The notes beneath the pieces were generated by a model. It made no database searches. It had not been told where the DNA came from and saw only the letters and a program-made list of their open reading frames with translations. From NCBI GenBank assembly GCA_963740315.1, contig CAVUDP010000001.1:192001-256000 (forward strand): 64,000 bases of DNA, read 5' to 3'. Positions 10,980 to 23,563 of this stretch are shown here, in pieces; the stretch's first letter is position 1; each line of letters opens with the position of its first letter. The DNA is from an uncultured cyanobacterium. GTDB lineage: Bacteria; Cyanobacteriota; Cyanobacteriia; Cyanobacteriales; Nostocaceae. A program made the translations under genes and the position numbers.

Positions 10980-11301
10980 TCGAGGATTTCTGTATGATTG
11001 CCTCTAATAGCTTTATCTTCAAGCCATACTAAAACCTCATGACTGTAGACAGTTTGCTTTACTGTCTCAAAGAAAACGATCAATAATTAGTAGAGAATAG
11101 CAAGCGAGAAAAACTTTTTTCTATTTTCAGCAACAGTTTCAAGCATCATCAAAACCTTTTTACCAATAAAATAATTAACATATGCGATCGCCATTTTTAG
11201 TAGACGGTTGTAAAATCGTCACAACGCCCGATTTTAAGATTGTTGCATAGCTAACATTTTTATAATTTTGGATTTTAGATTTTAGATTTTGGATTGTTCC
11301 C

Positions 11302-12285
11302 ATGCCCAATGCCCAATGCCCCATGCCCAACCCCTTAAGCATCGCTCCGATGATGGATAGAACCGATCGCCATTATCGATATTTTATGCGCCAAATTACC
11401 CGCCGCACTTTGCTTTATACGGAAATGGTGACGAGTGCGGCAATTATGCATGGTGACAAAGAGCATTTATTGGGTTTCTCATTGGAAGAAAAGCCGTTGT
11501 CGCTGCAAGTAGGTGGCGATAATCCCGCTGATTTGGCGGAATGCGCTCGTATTGCCGAAGATATGGGTTATGACGAAATTAATTTAAATGTAGGTTGTCC
11601 CAGCAGTCGGGTACAAAGCGGTAATTTCGGTGCTTGTCTAATGGCGAAACCGCAACAGGTAGCGGATTGTGTAGCGGCGATGATTGATGCTACAAAAATT
11701 CCCGTTACCGTCAAGCATCGTATCGGTGTTGATGATTTGGATAGTTACGAGGATATGGTAAATTTTGTGAATGTTGTATCTGGGGCTGGATGCGATCGCT
11801 TTACAGTTCACGCTCGCAAAGCTTGGTTAGAAGGGTTGAGTCCCAAAGAAAACCGCGATGTTCCACCTTTAAGATATGATGACGTGCATCGTTTGAAACA
11901 AGATTTTCCCCATTTATTCATTGAAATCAACGGTGGATTTAAAACTTTAACTCAGGTAGAGCAGCACTTAAACTCAGTTGATGCCGTGATGATAGGACGT
12001 GCGGCTTACGATAATCCCTACCTTTTCGCTACCGTAGATAAAGAATTTTACACTGAAGAATCACCGTTTTTTAATAGACATGAAGTCGTAGAAAATATGT
12101 ATAATTACATAGACAAATGGGCTGCCAAAGGATTGAAGCTTAATAAAATTACCAGACATATGCTGCAACTATTTGCCGGAAAACCCGGTAGTCGCGCTTG
12201 GAAGCAGCACATTACCGAAAACTCGTGTCGTTTTGGAGTTGGTTCGGAAGTCGTGCGGGAAGCTTTGGCGAAAGTTCCAGGTTAG
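11302..12285 (+). CDS. dusA: tRNA dihydrouridine(20/20a) synthase
   Basis: SIAPMMDRTDRH, NLNVGCPS, VHARKAWL. The first residues derive from STRR repeats, so the start is uncertain. Confidence 0.9.
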   Translation: MPNAQCPMPNPLSIAPMMDRTDRHYRYFMRQITRRTLLYTEMVTSAAIMHGDKEHLLGFSLEEKPLSLQVGGDNPADLAECARIAEDMGYDEINLNVGCPSSRVQSGNFGACLMAKPQQVADCVAAMIDATKIPVTVKHRIGVDDLDSYEDMVNFVNVVSGAGCDRFTVHARKAWLEGLSPKENRDVPPLRYDDVHRLKQDFPHLFIEINGGFKTLTQVEQHLNSVDAVMIGRAAYDNPYLFATVDKEFYTEESPFFNRHEVVENMYNYIDKWAAKGLKLNKITRHMLQLFAGKPGSRAWKQHITENSCRFGVGSEVVREALAKVPG

Positions 12286-12406
12286 GGGAGATGGGGTTCG
12301 GGGGGGACAAGGGGACAAGGAGATGGGGGGATGGGGAGATGGGGAGAAAATTCTAAACTATTAACTCCTAACTCATAACTCCTAACTCATAACTGGTCAC
12401 TGGTAA

Positions 12407-14128
<1,722 letters not shown>

Positions 14129-14437
14129 TTATTAGGTGATTTGGGGGATGGGGAGAGGGGGTAGAGGGGGTAAAGGGGGTAGAATTTTTTATTTCTAACT
14201 CCTAACTCCTAACTCCTAACTCCTAACTATTTGTAATTATTCAATTGAGTTAAAAACCTGTTGAGATGTTTGGGAAAATGTTAAACCTCCGTGCAACGCC
14301 GCACATGAGGAATTTTGTCAGGTTATATATAACTTATGGCTTCAATAATATGAAAAAATTCTGAAGTGCAATAAAAATTTCATGGCTATATAAAAAGCCA
14401 TGTTTGAACCGATCTATTTGGCAAGATTTTACCCATC

Positions 14438-15232
14438 TCATGTTCCGGTAGCTGCTACTGCTTGTGGTGGTTGCTGCATTAAATTCATTAAATCATCAAC
14501 TCCTTTTTGCAAATACCGCGTTACTGTCATTGGGCTAGTACCAATTTTCTTCGCTGCATCTTTACGGGAGAATTCCTTTAAAAATACCAATTCCACTGCC
14601 ATCCGAGGCTTTTCTTCCAACATCCCCATAGCGCCGTGGAGTTGCTGACGTTCTTCTTCTAAGTGTTGCTGAGCCGCTGTTTGGGGACAAGGCAATGCTT
14701 CACCCAAAGTGATTTGACAATCGATATAGTTAACAACAGTTGCATCCAAACTTAGAGGCATCCGATTTTGCACGGCTAACTTGGTTTCTTGCCATTCTTG
14801 CACCGACACTTTAAGCTCGCGGGCAACTTCCAAATCTTTAGGCTGTCTTCCTAAAACATCTGCTAATTCTTTACGTATTTTTTGCCCTTCATTATACAAT
14901 TCTTGCCAACGACGGGGAATTTTTAATAAAGTACTGCGATCGCGTAAAAAGTGCAGCATTTCACCCCGAATATAGGGGACGGCAAAGGAACTAAATGCGT
15001 ATCCTTGGGTGGGATCGAAACGTTCAATTGCTCTGATTAAACCGAAGTAACCAATTTGTTCCAAATCTTCATAAGGTTCGTTACATTGATGACTAAATTT
15101 ATGAGCCATCTTCCGCACTAAACCACTATGCAATTTTACGAGTCTGTTACGAAGTTTGATAGAAGGATTCTGATGATATATACATAATAATTCCATACCA
15201 TCAGACCGGAGAGAGGACTGAATTACTGCCAT
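14438..15232 (-). CDS. Group 3 RNA polymerase sigma factor (SigF/SigJ family, probably SigJ-like)
   Basis: Region 2 EDLEQIGYFGLIRAIERFD...FSSFAVPYIRGE and region 4 HTH. ATG at 15232. Confidence 0.85.
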   Translation of the reverse strand: MAVIQSSLRSDGMELLCIYHQNPSIKLRNRLVKLHSGLVRKMAHKFSHQCNEPYEDLEQIGYFGLIRAIERFDPTQGYAFSSFAVPYIRGEMLHFLRDRSTLLKIPRRWQELYNEGQKIRKELADVLGRQPKDLEVARELKVSVQEWQETKLAVQNRMPLSLDATVVNYIDCQITLGEALPCPQTAAQQHLEEERQQLHGAMGMLEEKPRMAVELVFLKEFSRKDAAKKIGTSPMTVTRYLQKGVDDLMNLMQQPPQAVAATGT

Positions 15233-15579
15233 ACAATTTCCTTTAGGGACTCTTTTTACTGTCAAAAAACTGAGCCGAGTAAAGTTTCATCAAAGCTGTA
15301 ATTATTTTCCTTGTGAATCCTTTTTCACACCATTCGTTGTTTCACTGAATTTACAACGTGGGAGACCCCTTACATACGTATTTGTACGCATTTTGGCTAT
15401 CTTCACTATTCAAGTTATATGTCAAGATAAATAGTTTTTATTAGCTCAAAACTTTAACTGGAGTAACTTTGAACTTTATTAAATTGTTCTGTATAGAACT
15501 TATAACTCGTCAAGATTCAAATAAATTGCGTAAAAATAGGAGAACAAGCAATCTTCTTAATTAAGAATCTGTTGTAAAT

Positions 15580-16314
15580 ATGAGTAATACGAGCAATTTC
15601 CGAAATGCCATTCGCGACGCAAAAACTCAAGCCCTTGTTGGGCCAAACGTAATTGCCAACGCGCTTCCTTACGTAGGTGGTGGGTTAATACTTACCGCTT
15701 TGGGAACTTACGGTGGACTAGGCGTTATCCGCAGTAATCCCGAATTATTTTTCCCCACCTTTATTGGTGCGGTAATTGTAGAACTAATTTTGTTTTTCGT
15801 CGCTCAAAATGTAGCTTCTAAAGGTAATAAGCAAGTTGCATTACCTCTACTAGCAGCCTACAGCCTGTTATCTGGGTACACCCTTAGCGGCTTAGTTTTT
15901 GTAGCGCTAAGAACCCAAGGAGTAGGCATTGAAGGTATTGGTATCGCCGCCCTCGGTTGTGGAATAACCTTTATCGCCGCCCGTCAAATTGGTTCAAACC
16001 TTTCCGAATCTGACGGTATGGCTTTAACAAAAACCATCCGTTTGGGTGTAATTGCCTTAATTGCAGTTATGGTTTTGCAATTGGGACTTTCCTTATTTGG
16101 CGTATATACCCCTGGATGGTTGGAAATCGGTATTTCTGGCTTGGGAGTATTTCTATTCGCTGGTGCTGCGGTAGTTGATTTCTACGTATTACCCCGTACC
16201 TACCGCGATGACGAATATTTACCCGCAGCTTTATCGATGTACCTTACCTACATCAACTTATTCATCTTCATCTTGCGCCTTTTAATTGCTATTAGCGGCG
16301 GCGGTAGAGACTAA
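15580..16314 (+). CDS. Bax inhibitor-1/YccA family membrane protein
   Basis: About 7 TM segments; C-terminal AALSMYLTYINLFIFILRLL. Confidence 0.85.
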   Translation: MSNTSNFRNAIRDAKTQALVGPNVIANALPYVGGGLILTALGTYGGLGVIRSNPELFFPTFIGAVIVELILFFVAQNVASKGNKQVALPLLAAYSLLSGYTLSGLVFVALRTQGVGIEGIGIAALGCGITFIAARQIGSNLSESDGMALTKTIRLGVIALIAVMVLQLGLSLFGVYTPGWLEIGISGLGVFLFAGAAVVDFYVLPRTYRDDEYLPAALSMYLTYINLFIFILRLLIAISGGGRD

Positions 16315-16578
16315 GAAGAGATGGGGGGACAAGGGGACAAGGGGATGGGGAGACAAAAAATTCTATTCTTATTCCATTTCCCTATACTTTTTCTTCTCAA
16401 TTACCAAAAACGTAATTAACTTGTAGGGTGTGTGACGGCTGCAATATATTTTGAACTAAAACGAAATAAATTGATATTGCCGTCACGCACCATCCGTAAG
16501 ATACTCGAATCTATCCCCAATTCCCAATTCCCTTTTTTGTACTACTATTATGTAATGTGACCTAACGAGGGAAAAATC

Positions 16579-17689
16579 ATGCTGGCACTATTAGAAATAA
16601 AAAGCGAAATCGAAACATTATCTAAATTCCTCAGCCAACCCCAACACTGTCTTTAGCATCGATCGACTAAGCACAAAAATTCGGGATTTAGAAAAGCGAC
16701 TTATTAAACCTGAATTTTGGCAAAATACCGTAATTGCTCAAAACTCCCTTCAAGAATTAATTTATTTAATATTCTGCGAGCAAGAACAATATCAAGAATG
16801 GCTAACTCTTTTAAATGATATTCAAGCTGGTTTAGAACTCTTGGAGTCAGAAACTAACGAAGAGTTGGAATGGGAATTAATAGCTAACTTTGATTTATTA
16901 AGCAGAGAACTCAAGCACGTTGAGATTCTAAACCTTTTGAATCAACCTTTTGATGATAAAGGAGCTTTTATTACTATTACTGCTGGTAATAATGATGTGG
17001 ATTCTCAAATTTGGGTAGATATGCTGCTGCGGATGTATGGATATTGGTGCGATCGCCATGAATACAAACTGCGGCTTGTGGAGGAATTGTGGGGAGAATG
17101 GGGTGGCTTTAACTGCGTAAGTTTGGAAATTTCCGGCAAGTACGCTTATGGATATCTCAAATCCGAACAAGGAATCCATCAGTTAAAACGAATTTCACCT
17201 TTTTGTAAAAAACCTAGAATTAAAACCAGTTTTGCAAAGGTAGAAGTTATCCCAATTGTGGATGAGTCGATGGATTTTTATATTCCTGAGCAGGATTTGG
17301 AAATTTATTTAAAACCTACTCCTGTGATTAGTAATAGACAATTTGTATTAGCGAAAGTAACTCATATTCCTACTGGTATTTCCGTCACCTGTACTGAGGA
17401 GCGCAATCAATTAGCTAATTTGGAAAAAGCCCTAGCTATTGTTAAAAGCAAACTTTTTTCACTAATGCAATCTCAAGGTGTACCTCTTTCCGATATCAAG
17501 AAGCCATCATCCAAAAATGTAGCTAATAACCCAATCCGCGAATATATCTTTGATCCTTACCAAAAAGTCAAAGATTTACGTACCGACGTAGAAACAACTG
17601 CGATCGCACAAGTTATGAAAGGAAACTTAGATTTGTTTATCAAAGCTTATCTAAAACAACATTTTGCCAAATCGCGGTATCAATGTTGA
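16579..17689 (+). CDS. GGQ-less release factor 2 paralog with +1 frameshift at CTT-TAG-C (16651-16657)
   Basis: GAGGG RBS then ATG 16579. ORF0 is MLALLEIKSEIETLSKFLSQPQHCL*. The +1 frame is open 16655-17689 and aligns to prfB end to end. SPF present, GGQ absent. Confidence 0.8.
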
Positions 17690-17933
17690 TTTTGAGATCC
17701 CAGCCCACCTTACGGTGGGCTTTGCTTCTGTAGCCCCACCCTTCGAGGGTGTGGGCGATTTGATTTGCTAACTACATTGATAGACGTAGCAGTGCGGAGC
17801 TCTCTACATTGGTTTCGGTTAATAAATCAAAAAACCTTGAAACGGGAAAATTTTCCAGACAATCGCTAGAATCAGAAAGGAATATAAAACACACAGATTC
17901 TAGAAGCATCAAAGCTAACAATTACAAACAAAT

Positions 17934-19044
17934 ATGGAAGTTCTAGAAATCAAACGGGAAATCGAAACGCTATCCTTACGCCTGGGTAAAACTCAGGACT
18001 ATCTTTGACTTACCCGCACTCAAAGCTAAAATCCAAGATTTAGAACAAATCGCAGCACAGCCAGAATTTTGGGAAGATCAAAATAAGGCTCAAGATACGA
18101 TGCAAGAGCTTAACGAACTCAAAGAACATCTGCAACAGTATCATAACTGGCATTCTAGTTTAGAAGATACTAGGGCAGTTGTTGAATTATTAGAGTCCGA
18201 TACCGATGAGTCGCTGCTGAATGAAGCTGTATCTAACGTTACAAGCCTCACCCGCGAACTCGATCGCTGGGAATTACAGCAGTTACTTTCTGGTCCCTAC
18301 GATAGCAAAGGCGCTTCTTTAACAATTACAGCCGGTGCTGGCGGTACTGATGCCCAAGACTGGGCGGAAATGATGCTGCGAATGTATACCCGTTGGGGAG
18401 AAGCTCACGGTTATAAAGTTACAATTAGCGATGAATCTCCCGGAGATGAAGCCGGTATAAAATCGGTGACGCTGGAAATTACCGGACGTTATGCTTACGG
18501 GTATTTGCGATCGGAAATGGGTACCCATCGCTTGGTAAGGATTTCTCCTTTCAACGCCAACGGTAAGCGACAAACCAGTTTTGCAGGTGTGGAAGTCATG
18601 CCTGAGATAGATGACAACGTACAATTAGATATCCCCGATAAGGATTTAGAAATTACTACATCTAGGGCAGGCGGTAAAGGCGGACAAAACGTCAACAAAG
18701 TAGAAACCGCAGTGCGAATAGTTCACCTTCCGACAAATATAGCCGTGCGATGTACAGAAGAGCGATCGCAATTGCAAAATAAAGAGAAAGCCCTTGCCCG
18801 TCTCAAAGCCAAGCTGATGGTTGTCGCCCAGGAACAACATGCTCAAGAAGTCGCCGAAATTCGCGGTGATATGGTAGAAGCAAGTTGGGGAAATCAAATA
18901 CGTAACTATGTATTCCATCCTTACCAAATGGTGAAAGACTTGCGTACCAATGTAGAAACAACGGCTATCAGCGACGTGATGAATGGCGAATTAGATTCCT
19001 TCATTCAAGCTTATCTGCGACAGGAAAACCAAGTTACCAGTTAA
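17934..19044 (+). CDS. prfB: Peptide chain release factor 2 with programmed +1 frameshift
   Basis: ATG 17934; internal SD-like AGGA 17995-17998; CTT-TGA-C 18003-18009; SPF and GGQ motifs intact. Confidence 0.97.
17995..18009 (+). promoter_or_regulatory. prfB autoregulatory +1 frameshift cassette
   Basis: AGGACTATCTTTGAC matches the canonical SD-like + CTT TGA C signal. Confidence 0.95.
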
Positions 19045-19295
19045 CAGTTAACAGTGAACAGTGAGCAGTTAATAATATGCGCGTTTTTAGTCTAGTGATA
19101 CACAAATGAAGAAAAACGATGAGTAAAAATACTCGGATGAAAGCAACAAGATAATTATCCTTAATTAACCTTTCGTACTTCCTTTTCTTCACTGTTTACT
19201 GCTCACTGCTTACTGCTCACTGAAAAAATGCCAAATCGGCACTCCATTTCTCAACAATTTGTTACATTGGTAGAAGAATTTGTTATCAAAATATT

Positions 19296-19451
19296 ATGAA
19301 CAACTCTTCTACCGACGAAGATAAACCAAGCTATACAAAGTTGGCGATGCGGAATATGGTGCAAAAGGGTGGCACCTCATTGAAGCATTTTGCGCTTACT
19401 ACTTTCGGACTGTTGGCTGTTTTGATTGGACTTGCTTATCTAACTCATTAG
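19296..19451 (+). CDS. Small conserved cyanobacterial membrane protein (DUF3285-like)
   Basis: 51 aa MNNSSTDEDKPSYTKLAMRNMVQKGGTSLKHFALTTFGLLAVLIGLAYLTH, in its usual place between prfB and ybeY. Confidence 0.75.
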   Translation: MNNSSTDEDKPSYTKLAMRNMVQKGGTSLKHFALTTFGLLAVLIGLAYLTH

Positions 19452-19465
19452 CGAGAGGAGATTGA

Positions 19466-20008
19466 GTGGATAAACAGCTTTCTGTTGAAGTTTACGTGCA
19501 GGATAATTTCGATCGATCTTCCCTAAAAGAGGCTGTAGACGATGCGGATAAAGATGTCCGCATTTGTGCTGAAACTTGGGAAAGCTGGTTTTGTCAATGG
19601 GTGGATATAATGCAATGTGATATCCCCCCAGCATCTGCTTACGAAATCGGGCTGCGTTTGACGGATGACTCGGAAATTCAAAGTCTAAATTCTCAGTACC
19701 GTCATCAAGATAAGCCGACGGATGTTTTAGCTTTTGCGGCTTTGGAAGTAGATTCGCCAGATGTTACGGAAATTGATACCGACGATGAACCTTTATACCT
19801 GGGCGATATTATAGTTTCCGTCGATACTGCTCGCAAGCAAGCAATACAGCAAGGTCATTCTTTGAAAACCGAATTAGCTTGGTTAACATCTCATGGTTTG
19901 CTACATCTTATCGGATGGGATCATCCTGATGAAGAGAGTTTGCGAAGAATGCTGAAAAAGCAGGTAATGCTACTGAAGACATTAAGTATTGATATTGACA
20001 TAGAATAG
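19466..20008 (+). CDS. ybeY: rRNA maturation endoribonuclease
   Basis: DKPTDVLAF and HGLLHLIGWDH motifs. Confidence 0.92.
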   Translation: MDKQLSVEVYVQDNFDRSSLKEAVDDADKDVRICAETWESWFCQWVDIMQCDIPPASAYEIGLRLTDDSEIQSLNSQYRHQDKPTDVLAFAALEVDSPDVTEIDTDDEPLYLGDIIVSVDTARKQAIQQGHSLKTELAWLTSHGLLHLIGWDHPDEESLRRMLKKQVMLLKTLSIDIDIE

Positions 20009-20141
20009 ACTCGCCGATGAGTTTATTTGCTCCCATATTTCAATTTTATTTTCAAAATACTCCTTTAGAAAATTGCCAAGACATTGATTCAACTTTTAAA
20101 ATTCGGGAAAAATTTAATCTTACGATCGCAGCATTCATATT

Positions 20142-20603
20142 ATGCCTATGTCCCAGCAAATTTCATCTCCACCCAAACCAAACCGTTTAGAAACAGTTGT
20201 GTCTAAGCAGCGCGAATTATCTTGGGCAGTTGCCTCTAACTTGCTCGTTAGTTTTAAATATGCCTGGGCTGGAATTTCTTACGCTTTTCAAACTCAACGT
20301 AATTTTCGCATTCATATATCTGTCTGCGCTTTGGCAATTGGCTTAAGCGTTTTTTTGCATCTTCAGTCGGTAGAAGTCGCGGTAATTGCAGTTACTAGCG
20401 GTTTAGTTTTAGCTTTGGAGTTGCTAAATACTGCTGTTGAGTCTGTTGTCGATCTCACAGTTGAGCAAAAGTATCACGAATTAGCAAAAATTGCTAAAGA
20501 CTGTGCTGCTGGTGCGGTATTAGTTTCGGCGTTGGTAGCGATATTGGTAGCTGCTATGCTTATATTGCCTCCTTTGTTCGAGTTGATTTTATCTTCTTTG
20601 TAA
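20142..20603 (+). CDS. dgkA: Diacylglycerol kinase family protein
   Basis: ELLNTAVESVVDL and AKIAKDCAAGAVL. Confidence 0.88.
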   Translation: MPMSQQISSPPKPNRLETVVSKQRELSWAVASNLLVSFKYAWAGISYAFQTQRNFRIHISVCALAIGLSVFLHLQSVEVAVIAVTSGLVLALELLNTAVESVVDLTVEQKYHELAKIAKDCAAGAVLVSALVAILVAAMLILPPLFELILSSL

Positions 20604-20658
20604 AACGTTTAATAACAAAAGTTAAGACAATCGGACAAGCTTGGCATCAATAAAATGA

Positions 20659-21273
20659 TTGAGTTTAATTGCTGTGCTGATAGTCATAGATAATTACGAC
20701 AGCTTTACTTATAATTTGGTGCAGTATTTGGGAGAATTGGCTGTAAATTTTCCAGTGGCAGACCAAATTGAAGTATTTCGTAATGATAAAATATCAATAG
20801 AAGAAATTCGGGCGTTGAAGCCTGATGGTATAGTGATTTCACCTGGTCCCGGACGACCCGAAGATGCGGGAATTTCTTTAAAATTAATTGAAGAATTAGC
20901 ACCCAAGTACCCAATTTTAGGCGTATGTTTGGGACATCAAAGTATAGGTCAAGTATTTGGCGGTAAAATTGTTTCTGCCCCTGAGTTGATGCATGGTAAA
21001 ACTTCTGAAGTTTCTCATACTGGGGTAGGAGTTTTTCAAGGATTGGATAATCCGATGACCGCAACCAGGTATCATAGTTTAGTCATAGAGCGCGATACCA
21101 TTCCCGATGTATTGGAAATCACCGCCTGGGTTGAAGATGGGACAATAATGGGAGTGCGACACAGGAACTTTCCTCACGTAGAAGGAGTCCAATTTCACCC
21201 AGAGAGTATCCTGACTAATTCGGGAAAGCAATTATTGCAAAACTTTCTAGAAAAATTATCTTTGAGAGAGTAA
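20659..21273 (+). CDS. trpG: Anthranilate/aminodeoxychorismate synthase component II
   Basis: [29 protein letters not shown]. Confidence 0.88.
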   Translation: MSLIAVLIVIDNYDSFTYNLVQYLGELAVNFPVADQIEVFRNDKISIEEIRALKPDGIVISPGPGRPEDAGISLKLIEELAPKYPILGVCLGHQSIGQVFGGKIVSAPELMHGKTSEVSHTGVGVFQGLDNPMTATRYHSLVIERDTIPDVLEITAWVEDGTIMGVRHRNFPHVEGVQFHPESILTNSGKQLLQNFLEKLSLRE

Positions 21274-22044
21274 ATGAAACGACGACAATTGATTGGCTAC
21301 GCTGGAGCGGGGTTAGCAGGTGCGTTGTTTGCTAACTTAGGTTCGGGTTTGCGGGTTAATGCCCAATCTGGTGGTTCGCTGTCAATTAAGTGGTTAGGTC
21401 ATACTAGCTTTTTGTTTTCAGGTGAAGGTACAACAATTTTAGTTAACCCTTTTCGTACTATAGGCTGTACTGCTGGTTATCGTCCACCCAATATTGCTGC
21501 CGATTTGGTATTAATTAGCAGTCAATTGTTGGATGAAGGTGCGGTAGAAGGCTTACCTGGAGGACCTAAATTAATTTACCAGCCAGGGGTTTACCAGTTT
21601 AAGGAAATCAAATTTCAAGGGATTGCGATAGATCACGATCGCGTTGGTGGAAAACGTTTTGGCATAAATACGGCTTGGCAGTGGAAGCAAGCAGGAGTTA
21701 ATATCTTGCATTTGGGAGGCGCTGCCGCACCTATTTCATTAGAACAAAAGATTTTGATGGGTCGTCCAGACGTGCTATTAGTACCTGTAGGTGGTAGCGC
21801 TAAGGCTTATAACGCTGAGGAAGCCAGAAAAGCAATTCAAATTTTGAATCCGAAGTTAATTATTCCTACTCATTATCGTACCCAAGCAGCGGATAAAGAA
21901 AGTTGTGATATTCTACCTTTAGATGATTTTCTGACGGTAATGGGTGGAATGAAGGTAAATCGTAGTAATAGCGATACGATTAGCGTGACTCCCGGTAGTT
22001 TACCAGAGAATAGCGCGATTCAGGTTTTGAGCTACAACTTTTAA
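21274..22044 (+). CDS. MBL-fold metallo-hydrolase-like protein with Tat signal
   Basis: MKRRQLI twin-arginine leader; WLGHTSF; IIPTHYRT. Confidence 0.75.
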   Translation: MKRRQLIGYAGAGLAGALFANLGSGLRVNAQSGGSLSIKWLGHTSFLFSGEGTTILVNPFRTIGCTAGYRPPNIAADLVLISSQLLDEGAVEGLPGGPKLIYQPGVYQFKEIKFQGIAIDHDRVGGKRFGINTAWQWKQAGVNILHLGGAAAPISLEQKILMGRPDVLLVPVGGSAKAYNAEEARKAIQILNPKLIIPTHYRTQAADKESCDILPLDDFLTVMGGMKVNRSNSDTISVTPGSLPENSAIQVLSYNF

Positions 22045-22175
22045 AACAGATTTATAATTCTTGTAGGGTGTGTGACGCTTTAACAAATTTTGAATGTGAT
22101 TATAAGTCACGCACCTTTCTGTAATTTGATAGTAATAACTAAGCTTTCAAATACTAATTTAACAAGGATATTAAT

Positions 22176-22415
22176 ATGCAAATTAAAGATATGAGCGTCA
22201 ATGAACTCAAAAGTTTAATTAAAGAAACTGTTGAGGAAACTGTCTTATGAATTTTTTGCCGATGCTGATGCTGGTAAAGAAATTAGAGAAGAAGTTAAAG
22301 CCCAGTTAATTGCCTCACGGGAAGCATATAAAAATGGTAAGAAAGCTATTCCTGCTGAGGAAGTATATAAGAAGTTGGGCTTGAATGTTCAATGAATTAA
22401 TTTGAAATTTTTCCT
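22176..22415 (+). pseudogene. Frameshifted antitoxin plus stub of a RelE/ParE-type toxin
   Basis: MQIKDMSVNELKSLIKETVEETV, then +1 frame YEFFADADAGKEIREEVK...IPAEEVYKKLGLNVQ* (ends 22395). An overlapping ATGA start stops after 2 codons. Confidence 0.55.
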
Positions 22416-22577
22416 TCTTTTAAAAATAACTTTACTACTTTAAAATCTTAAATTTTAGATCGGAATAAAAAAAGGTTCGTAGTTGCGCTGTACTAGCTTC
22501 CGATAAGAGGCGCTAAAGCGCAACTACAAACCGCATAATAAATATTACTCGTTAAATAATTCGGAAATAGTAAATTA

Positions 22578-23444
22578 TTAACTCAAACTATCTGGATCTA
22601 TCCCTAACTCGCGCAACTTTTCCGCCATTTGTTGCGCTTTTTGTTCTGCAATGTCGGCGCGTTGAGCTTCTTGTTGGGCGCGTTGAGCTTCTTGTTGAGC
22701 GCGTAATGTCTCTTGTTGGGCGCGTTGTGATTCCTGCTGTGCGCGTTGGGCTTCTTGTTGAGCGCGTTGGGCTTCCTGCTGTGCCCTTAGTGTCTCTTGT
22801 TGCGCCCTTAATGTTTCTTGTTGAGCGCGTAATGTTTCTTGTTGTATCTGTTCTTTCGGAGTGGGATATCTTGTTCCCGATTCATCATACCAGTACAACC
22901 ATTCTCGCGTCACTCCGGAATAGTTACCCCTTTCACAACCTATTCCTAAACCGATTTCTGGCATCCAAAACGGGTTCCCTTCTTGTAATTCGTACTTCCC
23001 ATTGACTAATTTATGTATTTCCAAACGCGGCTTGCGGCGGCGACGGGAAGAATAAATTACATAATAAAGTACGCCTAAATCTGCATATTCATCTAATTTA
23101 GTTGTGTATTCTTTGCGATAATTTCGGGAAACGACTTCTAAAGCCAAAATAGGGATAACATTTTCATCCCACAGCACGTAACTGGGGCGCAATTCTTCAT
23201 CATAAAAACGTTCAACACCCAGGCTGAGAAATCCATCGGGTACAATTGGCGGCTTATCGGGGTGATAATAAACACCCATATCCACGCCGAAAAACCAATC
23301 CATCCTTTCTCCCCAAAGAATTAGCAGAATTGCTTTGAGTAAACCCGGTATTAATTCTTGCAGTTCATTATCCACGGGCGTTTCGTCGGAGTCTGGTAGT
23401 TCTTCCGCTGAAGGTAAATACCTCGGCAAGTTGTACTTTAACAT
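22578..23444 (-). CDS. Uma2 family PD-(D/E)XK endonuclease with heptad-repeat tail
   Basis: LPDSDETPVDNE, IVPDGFLS, LALEVVS; about 9-10 QQE(T/A/S)(L/Q)RA repeats; LRELGIDPD end. Confidence 0.9.
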   Translation of the reverse strand: MLKYNLPRYLPSAEELPDSDETPVDNELQELIPGLLKAILLILWGERMDWFFGVDMGVYYHPDKPPIVPDGFLSLGVERFYDEELRPSYVLWDENVIPILALEVVSRNYRKEYTTKLDEYADLGVLYYVIYSSRRRRKPRLEIHKLVNGKYELQEGNPFWMPEIGLGIGCERGNYSGVTREWLYWYDESGTRYPTPKEQIQQETLRAQQETLRAQQETLRAQQEAQRAQQEAQRAQQESQRAQQETLRAQQEAQRAQQEAQRADIAEQKAQQMAEKLRELGIDPDSLS

Positions 23445-23563
23445 GATGTGCGCTCCCAAAACTCATTAAAATTATAGCGGAATTGAAAGGTTTGTTGGTT
23501 GAGGAATATCTGTTTTTAAAACGCAAAGTTACCCGGAAAATTTAGAGACTAGTTATTAAAAAA

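Noticed and set aside
22660..22845. 21-bp tandem repeats in the Uma2 gene
   Set aside because: Ordinary variable coiled-coil tail of this family.
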